Origin: a virus
Virus record (IMG/VR): IMGVR_UViG_3300030108_004965
Coordinates: 96,001 to 160,000 of that record
DNA length: 64,000 nt
Direction: 5' to 3' (one strand)
Shown piece by piece: positions 54,373 to 62,841 of this stretch (within the stretch, counting starts at the first letter, position 1; each line of letters starts with the position of its first letter). The notes below the pieces were generated by a model. That model was not told where the DNA came from, made no database searches, and saw nothing but the letters and a program-made list of their open reading frames with translations. The translations under genes were made by a program, and so were the position numbers.

Positions 54373-57216
54373 TTATTCAAATTCAACACCAGTTTTAGTG
54401 ATGATGAAGTCAATTGCGATAAACTCAATTGCTCTAGCAGGCTTGATAAAGATTTTTGCATACAATATGTTTCTATCTATCAAATCTGGTGTTGTAGTAG
54501 TTGTGTCTAATACTAGTTTGTACTCTGTGATACCTAGTTCTGTTTTTACTTCTGACAAAACAGCATCGGCTCGGGCTTTAAATCTGTTCCAAGTAGCCTC
54601 AACATTTTGATCAAACAAAATAGTATCAGCAATGTCTCCGATATGTCTCTTCAAGTAAATAAGCAGTCGACGAACATTGATTCTATCAAGTGCGGAAGCG
54701 GCCTGTTGTAGTGTTCTTTGTCCGAAGATCACAGTGTCACCCGTTGCTGGGAATCTTGCTATAGGATTGACGTGCGCCTCGTATAATTGATCGCGTTCTG
54801 CTTTTGTCAGGTGCTCAACCGTTCCGACAACAATCGGACCTAGAGACCCACCAAGTCTATTGAGACCACCACGGTTAAATCCAGCAGGAGCAAACCACGG
54901 TTGAGACATAGCCTCTGATTTTGCAATGGCTCCAATAGCAGCAACAGATGGCGGCGCGATTATGATTGTATCATTTCCATTTAATGTATCTCTGATTCTA
55001 ACATTAGGATAATATGTGGCCGCATACGAGTTGTCAACCAATTCAGTTTCTAATTTGTTGATCATCGTTAGAATATTAGAGTTTAATGCTGAATCCTCTC
55101 TATCGTAACCGGGCCTGTAAATACCGCTAAAATCAATAATAGCAAGGTTGTCACCTCGGTTGGCTGAATTTAACATTAGTTTGGTATTTAGGTTATCATT
55201 TATGATTCCGGGCATTGAAACCAATTCATATCTAATGTTATCTCTGTCCTCAATCATGTCTAGCGCTTCATTAACCGTAAACTGCGGATACCTGTTGGCT
55301 CCTTTATCTAATCTTGCGTTACTAAATGGGTTAGCGTATCTAATGTCAAGCCCTTCGCTTCCTCCAAAAAACGGAGCAGCAAATTGTCTGATTCCTTTGC
55401 TTGTAAACAACCCGTCACTACCAGTTAGTCCAAATTTAGCAGAATAACTCATTTTATCGGAGTTAAACCGGAAAGATCCAGAAGCAAAATAGAACCTATT
55501 TGTTTCGGTAGCAGACCCAGATCTTATATCATCTAGTGTGAATACGAAAGAAGCATTTTTTAAAGCATCAGTCGCAGCAAGATGAGGATTAATTGCAACT
55601 CTTTTTCTCAAATGTTCGTTTAAACTATAAGAGTGCGAATTAGTTCCTTTTCTATTGTGTCTTAACCCAAATACATCAGTTGCTAAATAATTTTGTTCAT
55701 GAGGGCCGTTGCTATTAAACACTGTGGTTAAAATCAGAGGATATTTGAAAGTATAATCTACTGCACCAGTTGCGTTTAGAAACTTTGTATTATCCGCAGG
55801 AAAAGGAATTTCACTCTCACCAGTGAGCCATTTAAACATATTCACACTACTGTCCCCATTGACATGGATAGGATCAAGAGTTTTTGGTCCCACAAAACCA
55901 ACTGGTAAATCCATTCCTGATGGCAAAATCTCTGGGTTTACTGTGACCCTGACATAGCTTGACATGTTTGGATAAAGACCACTTAAATCGAACTTGTCTG
56001 TTGTAGAATTCCATTGTTCGTTAACATCTCCAATTCTTTTTACAATATAATCGTCATCCGTCGGGTCCATTGTAAGGCCAGAATAAACTTCAACCGCTAC
56101 ATCGTTAGCACCGCCCCTCTTCATTATGCTTAATGTAAAAGAAGATCTACCGCTTGGAGGCGTTCCTAGTTTACAGTCAGAAATTTTGACATAATAATTG
56201 TTCTGCAGTTCGACCCCCTCACTTAGTGCGGTGAGGTAAAAAAGCTTCTTTTGGTCGGCTGCTCCTTGTCTTGGTCCGATAAACCATCCAGTTCTTGCTG
56301 CTGTCATTTCTTCCCTGTGATCTGCGAAAGAATCCGTTGCATTTCCAGTTAATGCTAAAATGACTCCTTGGACTTTTCCTGCTGAAGAAGAAAACATTGC
56401 CGAAACATTTACATCGAAGGTTTCTCCTAAGAAATATGGTACGGCTTTACTAACACTACCTTGGTAATTTTTAGTCCCCTTATACATTGTCGGGTCTGTA
56501 TTTAGCACATTTCTAATATAATTTGACTTGGTAGGATCAAAACTAACACTGTGAGTAACATTTAATGTAGAATTACCCGACGATGTAAAAGCCAAATCAA
56601 AAGTCCAATTGTCACCAGAACTATCTACAACAGCAGAGGTTGCTCCTTTAGTAGTAGAATTGTGAGCAGTTCCAACCAACAGAGGGGTTGTACCAGAGCA
56701 ATAAAAAATAGCACCTAGAGTTCCTGTTACTCCAATGTGACCTACAGCGTCGATGTGTGCATGACCATCATCGTCCAGAGATGCCGAAGGAAATAACCAA
56801 AGAGCCATGGCAGTTGTATTGTGCACTAGATCATTGTTAGGTTCACCATCACCGATAGTCCATCCAGCCTTATTTACCTCAGCATCATCCGCTGGGCCGT
56901 TTTTACCTAGTAATCTGATGAACTTGACAGGTCCAGTCCCTGCAGCAAGGTATGCTTGGGCTGCGTATGCAGCATAGTTTGGAGCACCAGTGTTTCCAAA
57001 TCTCCATGGGTCAGATTGTCTGACACCATCCATAGGATTTCCAAAAATTTCAACAAAATCATTTAGGTTTGTAACCTTAACCGGTCTCATTGCCGGTCCT
57101 GATCTAGCCCTACCAATTAAGAGTAATCCATCTTTTTCCGGCGTCGGTTCGAGAACTGATTCATCGATCTCGCGTAGTTGAATCCCGGGAGAAACAAAGT
57201 CAAATTTTCTAGCCAT
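54373..57216 (-). CDS. Tail sheath protein, gp18-like
   Basis: FVSPG.Q.REID, PWFAPAG.NRG, NPI..FP, GQRTL, LDRINVRRL, KP.RAIEFI. Confidence 0.96.
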   Translation of the reverse strand: MARKFDFVSPGIQLREIDESVLEPTPEKDGLLLIGRARSGPAMRPVKVTNLNDFVEIFGNPMDGVRQSDPWRFGNTGAPNYAAYAAQAYLAAGTGPVKFIRLLGKNGPADDAEVNKAGWTIGDGEPNNDLVHNTTAMALWLFPSASLDDDGHAHIDAVGHIGVTGTLGAIFYCSGTTPLLVGTAHNSTTKGATSAVVDSSGDNWTFDLAFTSSGNSTLNVTHSVSFDPTKSNYIRNVLNTDPTMYKGTKNYQGSVSKAVPYFLGETFDVNVSAMFSSSAGKVQGVILALTGNATDSFADHREEMTAARTGWFIGPRQGAADQKKLFYLTALSEGVELQNNYYVKISDCKLGTPPSGRSSFTLSIMKRGGANDVAVEVYSGLTMDPTDDDYIVKRIGDVNEQWNSTTDKFDLSGLYPNMSSYVRVTVNPEILPSGMDLPVGFVGPKTLDPIHVNGDSSVNMFKWLTGESEIPFPADNTKFLNATGAVDYTFKYPLILTTVFNSNGPHEQNYLATDVFGLRHNRKGTNSHSYSLNEHLRKRVAINPHLAATDALKNASFVFTLDDIRSGSATETNRFYFASGSFRFNSDKMSYSAKFGLTGSDGLFTSKGIRQFAAPFFGGSEGLDIRYANPFSNARLDKGANRYPQFTVNEALDMIEDRDNIRYELVSMPGIINDNLNTKLMLNSANRGDNLAIIDFSGIYRPGYDREDSALNSNILTMINKLETELVDNSYAATYYPNVRIRDTLNGNDTIIIAPPSVAAIGAIAKSEAMSQPWFAPAGFNRGGLNRLGGSLGPIVVGTVEHLTKAERDQLYEAHVNPIARFPATGDTVIFGQRTLQQAASALDRINVRRLLIYLKRHIGDIADTILFDQNVEATWNRFKARADAVLSEVKTELGITEYKLVLDTTTTTPDLIDRNILYAKIFIKPARAIEFIAIDFIITKTGVEFE

Positions 57217-57275
57217 TAATTATACTCCTTAAATACGTTATTATTCCTAGTAAATAGTTTAGTAATTTGTGAAAG

Positions 57276-58133
57276 TCAAAATTCTCGAAATTTACCATCA
57301 TCGCCAGAAATGTTAGAAGACCAAGGCCTTTTATCACCGACGATAACTCTCTCTCTTGAAATTTTTACTTCAACCGCATTTTGTGTTTTTGTTATCTGAG
57401 GTCTGTCGCGGTTATTTCCATCTCCAACGAGATATCCAAGGACTTTAAATTGTATTTTAGCAGTGAACATTCTCTCGTCGGAACCCAGTGAGTTGAGATT
57501 GTTTCCAAGACCATAATCATCTTGAATAAAAAGTTCATATTGGTGACCTTCGCTAACGATAGGGAATACATTCTTCTGATCAATAACGAACGGAGGTATG
57601 ATGTCGTTCATTTGTTGTTGATATTCTGTTCTTATATTGATCTCGAACATGCAGGTAACATAAGTTGGCTTTGGTATTGTTATTGTTTCATAGACAATTT
57701 TTTTATTTACTTTACTTGTCTTTCTTGTTTCATCGCCTTTTGTTTCACGATTTGTATCAGCATTTGCAAAATTTCTTGTTTTGTCTTGCTTTATTACTCT
57801 GGTGATTGCTACTGTTCCGCCTTGATACCCTTTTTCTGTTGGGTAATATGACTGATAGGAGCCTTTAAATTCATCACGGGTAACGCCTGTCCTTGTAACT
57901 GTTATTAAAGGTAACTTAAGTTTGCCAACTTTGTCTCTTAATTCTTTGTTATTTTTTACCTGATAAGGTCTCTCGGTTCCAAGCCACAATACAGGAACTT
58001 TAGACCACCCAGTATTTGTACTTGTGTGTGCATCAACAATTTGATTAACGAAATTGTAGACTGCGTTGTCTATTGTCTCTAATGTGGAAGGATCAAATGT
58101 CATTGCTTTTTCATTCGCCATTGAATAGTCCAT
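57276..58133 (-). CDS. Tail completion protein, gp15-like
   Basis: VPV.W...ER...LP.I, P.YV...F.I.I; gene position. Confidence 0.7.
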   Translation of the reverse strand: MDYSMANEKAMTFDPSTLETIDNAVYNFVNQIVDAHTSTNTGWSKVPVLWLGTERPYQVKNNKELRDKVGKLKLPLITVTRTGVTRDEFKGSYQSYYPTEKGYQGGTVAITRVIKQDKTRNFANADTNRETKGDETRKTSKVNKKIVYETITIPKPTYVTCMFEINIRTEYQQQMNDIIPPFVIDQKNVFPIVSEGHQYELFIQDDYGLGNNLNSLGSDERMFTAKIQFKVLGYLVGDGNNRDRPQITKTQNAVEVKISRERVIVGDKRPWSSNISGDDGKFREF

Positions 58134-58596
58134 CCCTTGCTCTTATGCATTCTGCTTGTATCTCGAATCGAGATTCTGGTTGTCCGAAGAGTAATTTTGG
58201 CTCAATTACCTTCACAATTTCATAATAAATTTCCCCAAACCTTACAAAATCTCCCTCTCTTACAAAAAGGTTTTGATCTTCGGTCAACCGTCTTTTGTGA
58301 AAATTGATCTTTATCTTTGTCGCCTTATCTAAGGCAAAATTATCCATATCCGAGGTCTCAACTCCTTGATATTCTACCAAAGCAAAGACTCTAATTGGGT
58401 GTAAAAAGTTTTTTTCTATTGCCTCGCCATATAAAGGGTGATAGTTTGTGTGTTCGATGTCGATTGGGAAATATAAAACTTGTTGCCCGACAACGCGTTC
58501 GATAATTTCATCATTAACCTGCTTGACAAGGTTCTTTTCTTTCTCCCCTAAGAATAAAGGCGGCGGTGGTTGAGTTGGTCTTGTCCATTTTGACAT
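58111..58596 (-). CDS. Neck / head-completion protein, gp14-like
   Basis: LYGEA.EK.F..PI.V.ALV, VREGDFV; gene position. Confidence 0.7.
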   Translation of the reverse strand: MSKWTRPTQPPPPLFLGEKEKNLVKQVNDEIIERVVGQQVLYFPIDIEHTNYHPLYGEAIEKNFLHPIRVFALVEYQGVETSDMDNFALDKATKIKINFHKRRLTEDQNLFVREGDFVRFGEIYYEIVKVIEPKLLFGQPESRFEIQAECIRARDGLFNGE

Positions 58597-58600
58597 TTAT

Positions 58601-59863
58601 TTACCCCACGAAAATTTTCATTGGTGTTTTGGCGACGATAGCATCCGTATTGTCGACAAAAGCCTTGTCGGTTTCTGCCAATTTAGCGTAAAGCATTTCG
58701 TCTAACTGTTTATTTAATTCTTCTCTCAAGGCTGTTTGTTCATTTGCTGCTTGAGTTAACAACTCTGCTGCATTTAACGATACATTATCTCCCGGAATAG
58801 GCACAGAATTGCCAAATTTACCTCGAATCTGCCCTAGAGTTTCTTTTGATAAGGCTAAAGAAAATCTACGTATCCATTGTTGTCCCATAGAGTTGATGCT
58901 TTCAAAAGGAAGGTTCGAGAAGGGTAAATTATTGACGTTATTGATACCGTTTACACCAGAATCATAAGATCCTGTGGCATATGCATCGTTTTCTTCAACA
59001 GTAAATCTAAACCAGAAATTCTCAGGCGATGCTATCGATGGGATCGGAAATAATCTCAAAGTATTATCAAAGATTTCATACGAATAATGGGATGTTCTTG
59101 TGTATAAGTGATCTTCGTATGTCACTGCTTGGATTTTGTTTTGCCAAACGGGTATTACTTGAAAACTTGAGTCGTCCGCATATTGACCGTAAGTTGTCAT
59201 ATCGCCGGTCACATTTAGGCCACCATAATATCCATAAAATCGCCACATAGCCAAAGGTGTTGTATAAAAAACTTGTCTAATTTTAATTCTAGGTGTTGTT
59301 GTTCTATTCGGGTCTGCCAAACTAGCATAATCAACACCTCCATCCGCTGCTGACGAGCTAACTATCGCTTGTAAGTCATAATCTTGTTGGTCTGCTACGC
59401 TGGCAAAGGAAGCAGAGTAAATTTGTTCCGTTCCTCCGATTCCGACTTCCGTAGAGAACTTATCTCCAACTCTAAATGCATAATCAAATAAGAATTTAGG
59501 GTATTTCGTTGACTTACTTTCGGTACCAGCGATCTCACCTTTATAATCAAAAGAGCCTGTTTCACCTCCGAGAGCAGAACCAAGAGAGTTTCTTGCTTGG
59601 TGTAAATTTACAATGTAAGAGTATTCTAATACGGCTTCTTCGTAATGATTATAAACATTTTCTGCTTTTAATTCAATATCTAAGACATCACCACCCAATC
59701 TTTTGAACGTATATGCAACTTGTGCGGCTGCACCAGTTATAAAAGCAACGCTTCCTGTGTAGAAACCAATTGCCAACGAGTCCTTAACAAGATCAGTCGA
59801 CCCAGTTGAGGTTAGGACAATCGCCGATGTTGTCGATGATGGGGTTAAACTTGGAAAAGCCAT
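58601..59863 (-). CDS. Neck protein, gp13-like
   Basis: RLGG.VLDIEL, WIRRF.LAL.KE.LGQIRGKF, IPG..V.LN..EL. Confidence 0.88.
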   Translation of the reverse strand: MAFPSLTPSSTTSAIVLTSTGSTDLVKDSLAIGFYTGSVAFITGAAAQVAYTFKRLGGDVLDIELKAENVYNHYEEAVLEYSYIVNLHQARNSLGSALGGETGSFDYKGEIAGTESKSTKYPKFLFDYAFRVGDKFSTEVGIGGTEQIYSASFASVADQQDYDLQAIVSSSAADGGVDYASLADPNRTTTPRIKIRQVFYTTPLAMWRFYGYYGGLNVTGDMTTYGQYADDSSFQVIPVWQNKIQAVTYEDHLYTRTSHYSYEIFDNTLRLFPIPSIASPENFWFRFTVEENDAYATGSYDSGVNGINNVNNLPFSNLPFESINSMGQQWIRRFSLALSKETLGQIRGKFGNSVPIPGDNVSLNAAELLTQAANEQTALREELNKQLDEMLYAKLAETDKAFVDNTDAIVAKTPMKIFVG

Positions 59864-59995
59864 ACATTATTCCTCCGCTATTTGTAAGTAGTTTCTAAAC
59901 GTAGAAACCTCCGACATTCTAAATGCCGGAGGCTTACAGTTCAATAAATCATTGGAGGAGTTAATCATTATATAACTAGTTCCAATAAAACAAAA

Positions 59996-60010
59996 CCCCC
60001 AAATAGGGGG
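59996..60010 (-). terminator. Intrinsic terminator
   Basis: CCCCC-AAATA-GGGGG with U-run. Confidence 0.65.
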
Positions 60011-60032
60011 CTTGTATTAATAAAATGAAATA

Positions 60033-60149
60033 TTATTTCTTTTTACTGGTTGGTTTTTTAGTAGAAGCTTTTTTAGCGGGTGCTTTTTTGACCTCAGACT
60101 TTTCAGCAGGAGCTTCTTTCTTTTCAACTGTTTTTGTCGTAAAACGCAT
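60033..60149 (-). CDS. 38-aa Lys/Ala/Pro-rich histone-like peptide
   Basis: MRFTTKTVEKKEAPAEKSEVKKAPAKKASTKKPTSKKK; RBS AAGGA. Confidence 0.65.
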   Translation of the reverse strand: MRFTTKTVEKKEAPAEKSEVKKAPAKKASTKKPTSKKK

Positions 60150-60217
60150 AATTTTTTTCCTTATTTATCTTGAATAATGTGCAGGGGGAAATGTTCCCCC
60201 CGACACTATACTAAACA

Positions 60218-60790
60218 TTAACCAGCAGAAATATCGGCTGATTTCATACCAATAAAGCGAACAACTAATTGTCCAGCATTAATAGTTGTACTGGCGCCAT
60301 CTGTATTGCACAAAAAGATATACTTTCCATCTGGTGATGTAGCAGGCGCCACTACTGCGGCTCCAACTCTTTTAGCATTACAAGCAAAATCATGATTTAA
60401 ATCAACAGGGTTGGTTGGTGCAACATTAATAGCAGCCTCAACATCACCTTGTTTAAGACTACATTGAGTGATAGTAGTTAACGCTTCCATAATGTATGTT
60501 TCTGTCGATTGCAGAACACCATGTACATCATCTTCCCACTTGAGCAAATGCGCTGATGCTGTGGACGAATGAGTTCCAATTGGACGATCAACAGTTGCAG
60601 ATCTGATATCTGTTGTACTAACCCCGAGATCCAAAACGATCTCAGTGATAATAAAAACCCCATCTTTAATAATTCTGTGGCTTATAATGGCTGGTGAAAT
60701 GCTCGCACCTGCTTGGTACGAAGTATCAGTACCGGTAGATCCTCTTCTGAGGAGAGCATTTAATCTTTGAGCCCCTATTCTTCTTCCCAT
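60218..60790 (-). CDS. Hypothetical, probably structural protein
   Basis: Follows the MCP; RBS AAGGAG. Confidence 0.75.
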   Translation of the reverse strand: MGRRIGAQRLNALLRRGSTGTDTSYQAGASISPAIISHRIIKDGVFIITEIVLDLGVSTTDIRSATVDRPIGTHSSTASAHLLKWEDDVHGVLQSTETYIMEALTTITQCSLKQGDVEAAINVAPTNPVDLNHDFACNAKRVGAAVVAPATSPDGKYIFLCNTDGASTTINAGQLVVRFIGMKSADISAG

Positions 60791-60944
60791 AATATTTTCT
60801 CCTTATAAATTATATTATTGCAATAACTTGATTTTAATCAATGATTTATACCAGCGGCCTCGGTATAGATCTTTCTAGGAGCAGCCGCCCCGCCCCAAGG
60901 AGAATAAATCCAAGTTATAATAAATAGTTCAAAACAAAAGAAAA

Positions 60945-60966
60945 CCCCCACTCCGAAAAGTGGGGG
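60945..60966 (-). terminator. Intrinsic terminator after the major capsid gene
   Basis: CCCCCACT/AGTGGGGG stem with U-run. Confidence 0.8.
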
Positions 60967-60994
60967 CTATCATTTAATTTACCTCAAGGGTGAA

Positions 60995-62821
60995 TTAGGA
61001 AGAACCTTCCTCACCAGCAAGTCCACGAACGATAACAAGACCGTACATATCCGGACGAACCATCTTCTTCGCATAGCGAGTCATTACGCCTTTACGAGGA
61101 ACAAAGTCTTCTGGTCCGAAGATTGTAGGTGTAGTCTGTAGCGGTACGTATGGAGCATAGACATATCCACTTTCGAGGAATGAAGAGCCTTTACGACCTA
61201 CTAGGACCACGTTACGTGGGAAGTATGGGTCAACCAAGACGTCAAACTTACGGCTCAAAGAACCTACGTTAACGGCCCCGATGTCGCCTTTGTCAGCGTC
61301 AGCAGTAACATTAGCACGGAAGCCTGCGGTGAATTCAAGAATGTTAGCAACTTCTGGAGAAACAACTACGAAGTTTGCTCCACCACGAAGAGTCTTTCTG
61401 TGGATTTGAGCAGAAACGTCGTTGATAGTTTCAACGAGAGTCTCGTACCATTCAGAAACAGTTCCGGTGAAATCAGGAGCAGCAGAAGCAGCGCCGAGTT
61501 CAAGACCAGTTTCACGGTTCACAAATAGACCCGGAGAACGAGACCAGTAATAAGTAGCAGCATGAGCACCGTTTACAAGATCAGCAAGAATCTCACGATC
61601 GATCTCAAGAGCAATTTGCTCAGAAAGGATAGAAGTCAACTCTACCTCAGCATCCAAATTGTGGTAAGCGTTCAAGTCTTGACCCAATTCTGGAGTCCAC
61701 TTGGCTTTCAATTTCTTGGTTTGTGCTGTGATAGCGCTTGAGTCAACTTTGATATCAATCTCTGGAATTTTTTCGATTCCTTCCATTGCGTATTCGTATC
61801 CCTGAAGACCACCTGCAGGTGCAGTACCAGCAGTAACATCATCTTTAACTGGGAAAATCAAAGAGTCAATTGCCAAACCAGCAGCGCTAAATGCCCCAGA
61901 TTGACCTGCTGTGATGTTTGAACCTACAACAACATAACGAATGGCTGCGATTTCATTTGTCAACGATGATCCAGTATCTTTAGCTTGAGTCAAGCGACGG
62001 ATCTGGCCTGTCAAAGTATTAAAGGCACCATCAGCGTCCTGAAGACCACCTGTACCGGTTAGGTTTTTGATGTCAAAAGCCGCGAGATTATCAAGATCAG
62101 GAGACCCTAACGAAGCACTGTGGCTGGCCTGTGCGATATCAAGAACTCCAACCATAAGAGTTGAATCAGTCACAGACAAGAGGTCTGGGTCGAATTTGAT
62201 AAGTTTTTTGTTTGCTGCGGATACGTTGCCATCCAAGGTAAACGTAGAAACCAAGGTTGCCTCAGCTTCTGTTTGACCAATTATTGTTGAATTACTTCCG
62301 CTTGGAGAAGCATAAGCATAACCAACCATTCCACGAGGACCAGATAGGTCGGCTTTAGTAGTAGTGTCAATAAGATCTACACCTTCTTCAATTCCAGAAC
62401 CCTTTTTATTAGTACCATAGATAGAAGCATCAGCGTCGTTTCCAAAGCGAGGATCAAGACCACCACCAGAACTTTTTGCATCAGGTGAATACACAAAGTC
62501 AAGGAAGAAGATCAGCCCACTAGGGAGTGACATTGGTTGAACACTAACAAGATCGTTAGCGATAAGTCCGGCGAATACACGACGAACAATTGGAAATGCA
62601 ACGGCAGCGAAACCTTCAACATCTCCAGCAGTCATTGAAGAACTCTCACGAAGAAGTTCTTTTGCTTGGTTTTCCAACAATCGAGCCATGTTGTGCTTAT
62701 GATTGTCGCTTTGAAGGCCTTCGAGCAAACCAGTAGCCGACCACTTGTCAAGAAGAGCTTGTCCTTCTTGGGCCATATTACGGCTTACAATACCTTCGGT
62801 TAATTTTTGTACAATAGACAT
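60995..62821 (-). CDS. Major capsid protein, T4 gp23-like
   Basis: VRRVF..LIA.DLV.VQPM..PSGLIF, TKKLKAKWTPELGQDL.AYH.LDAE.EL..ILS..I.LEID, YAPYVPL, F.P..G..TRY. Confidence 0.97.
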   Translation of the reverse strand: MSIVQKLTEGIVSRNMAQEGQALLDKWSATGLLEGLQSDNHKHNMARLLENQAKELLRESSSMTAGDVEGFAAVAFPIVRRVFAGLIANDLVSVQPMSLPSGLIFFLDFVYSPDAKSSGGGLDPRFGNDADASIYGTNKKGSGIEEGVDLIDTTTKADLSGPRGMVGYAYASPSGSNSTIIGQTEAEATLVSTFTLDGNVSAANKKLIKFDPDLLSVTDSTLMVGVLDIAQASHSASLGSPDLDNLAAFDIKNLTGTGGLQDADGAFNTLTGQIRRLTQAKDTGSSLTNEIAAIRYVVVGSNITAGQSGAFSAAGLAIDSLIFPVKDDVTAGTAPAGGLQGYEYAMEGIEKIPEIDIKVDSSAITAQTKKLKAKWTPELGQDLNAYHNLDAEVELTSILSEQIALEIDREILADLVNGAHAATYYWSRSPGLFVNRETGLELGAASAAPDFTGTVSEWYETLVETINDVSAQIHRKTLRGGANFVVVSPEVANILEFTAGFRANVTADADKGDIGAVNVGSLSRKFDVLVDPYFPRNVVLVGRKGSSFLESGYVYAPYVPLQTTPTIFGPEDFVPRKGVMTRYAKKMVRPDMYGLVIVRGLAGEEGSS

Positions 62822-62841
62822 TATTTTAACCTCCTTATATG

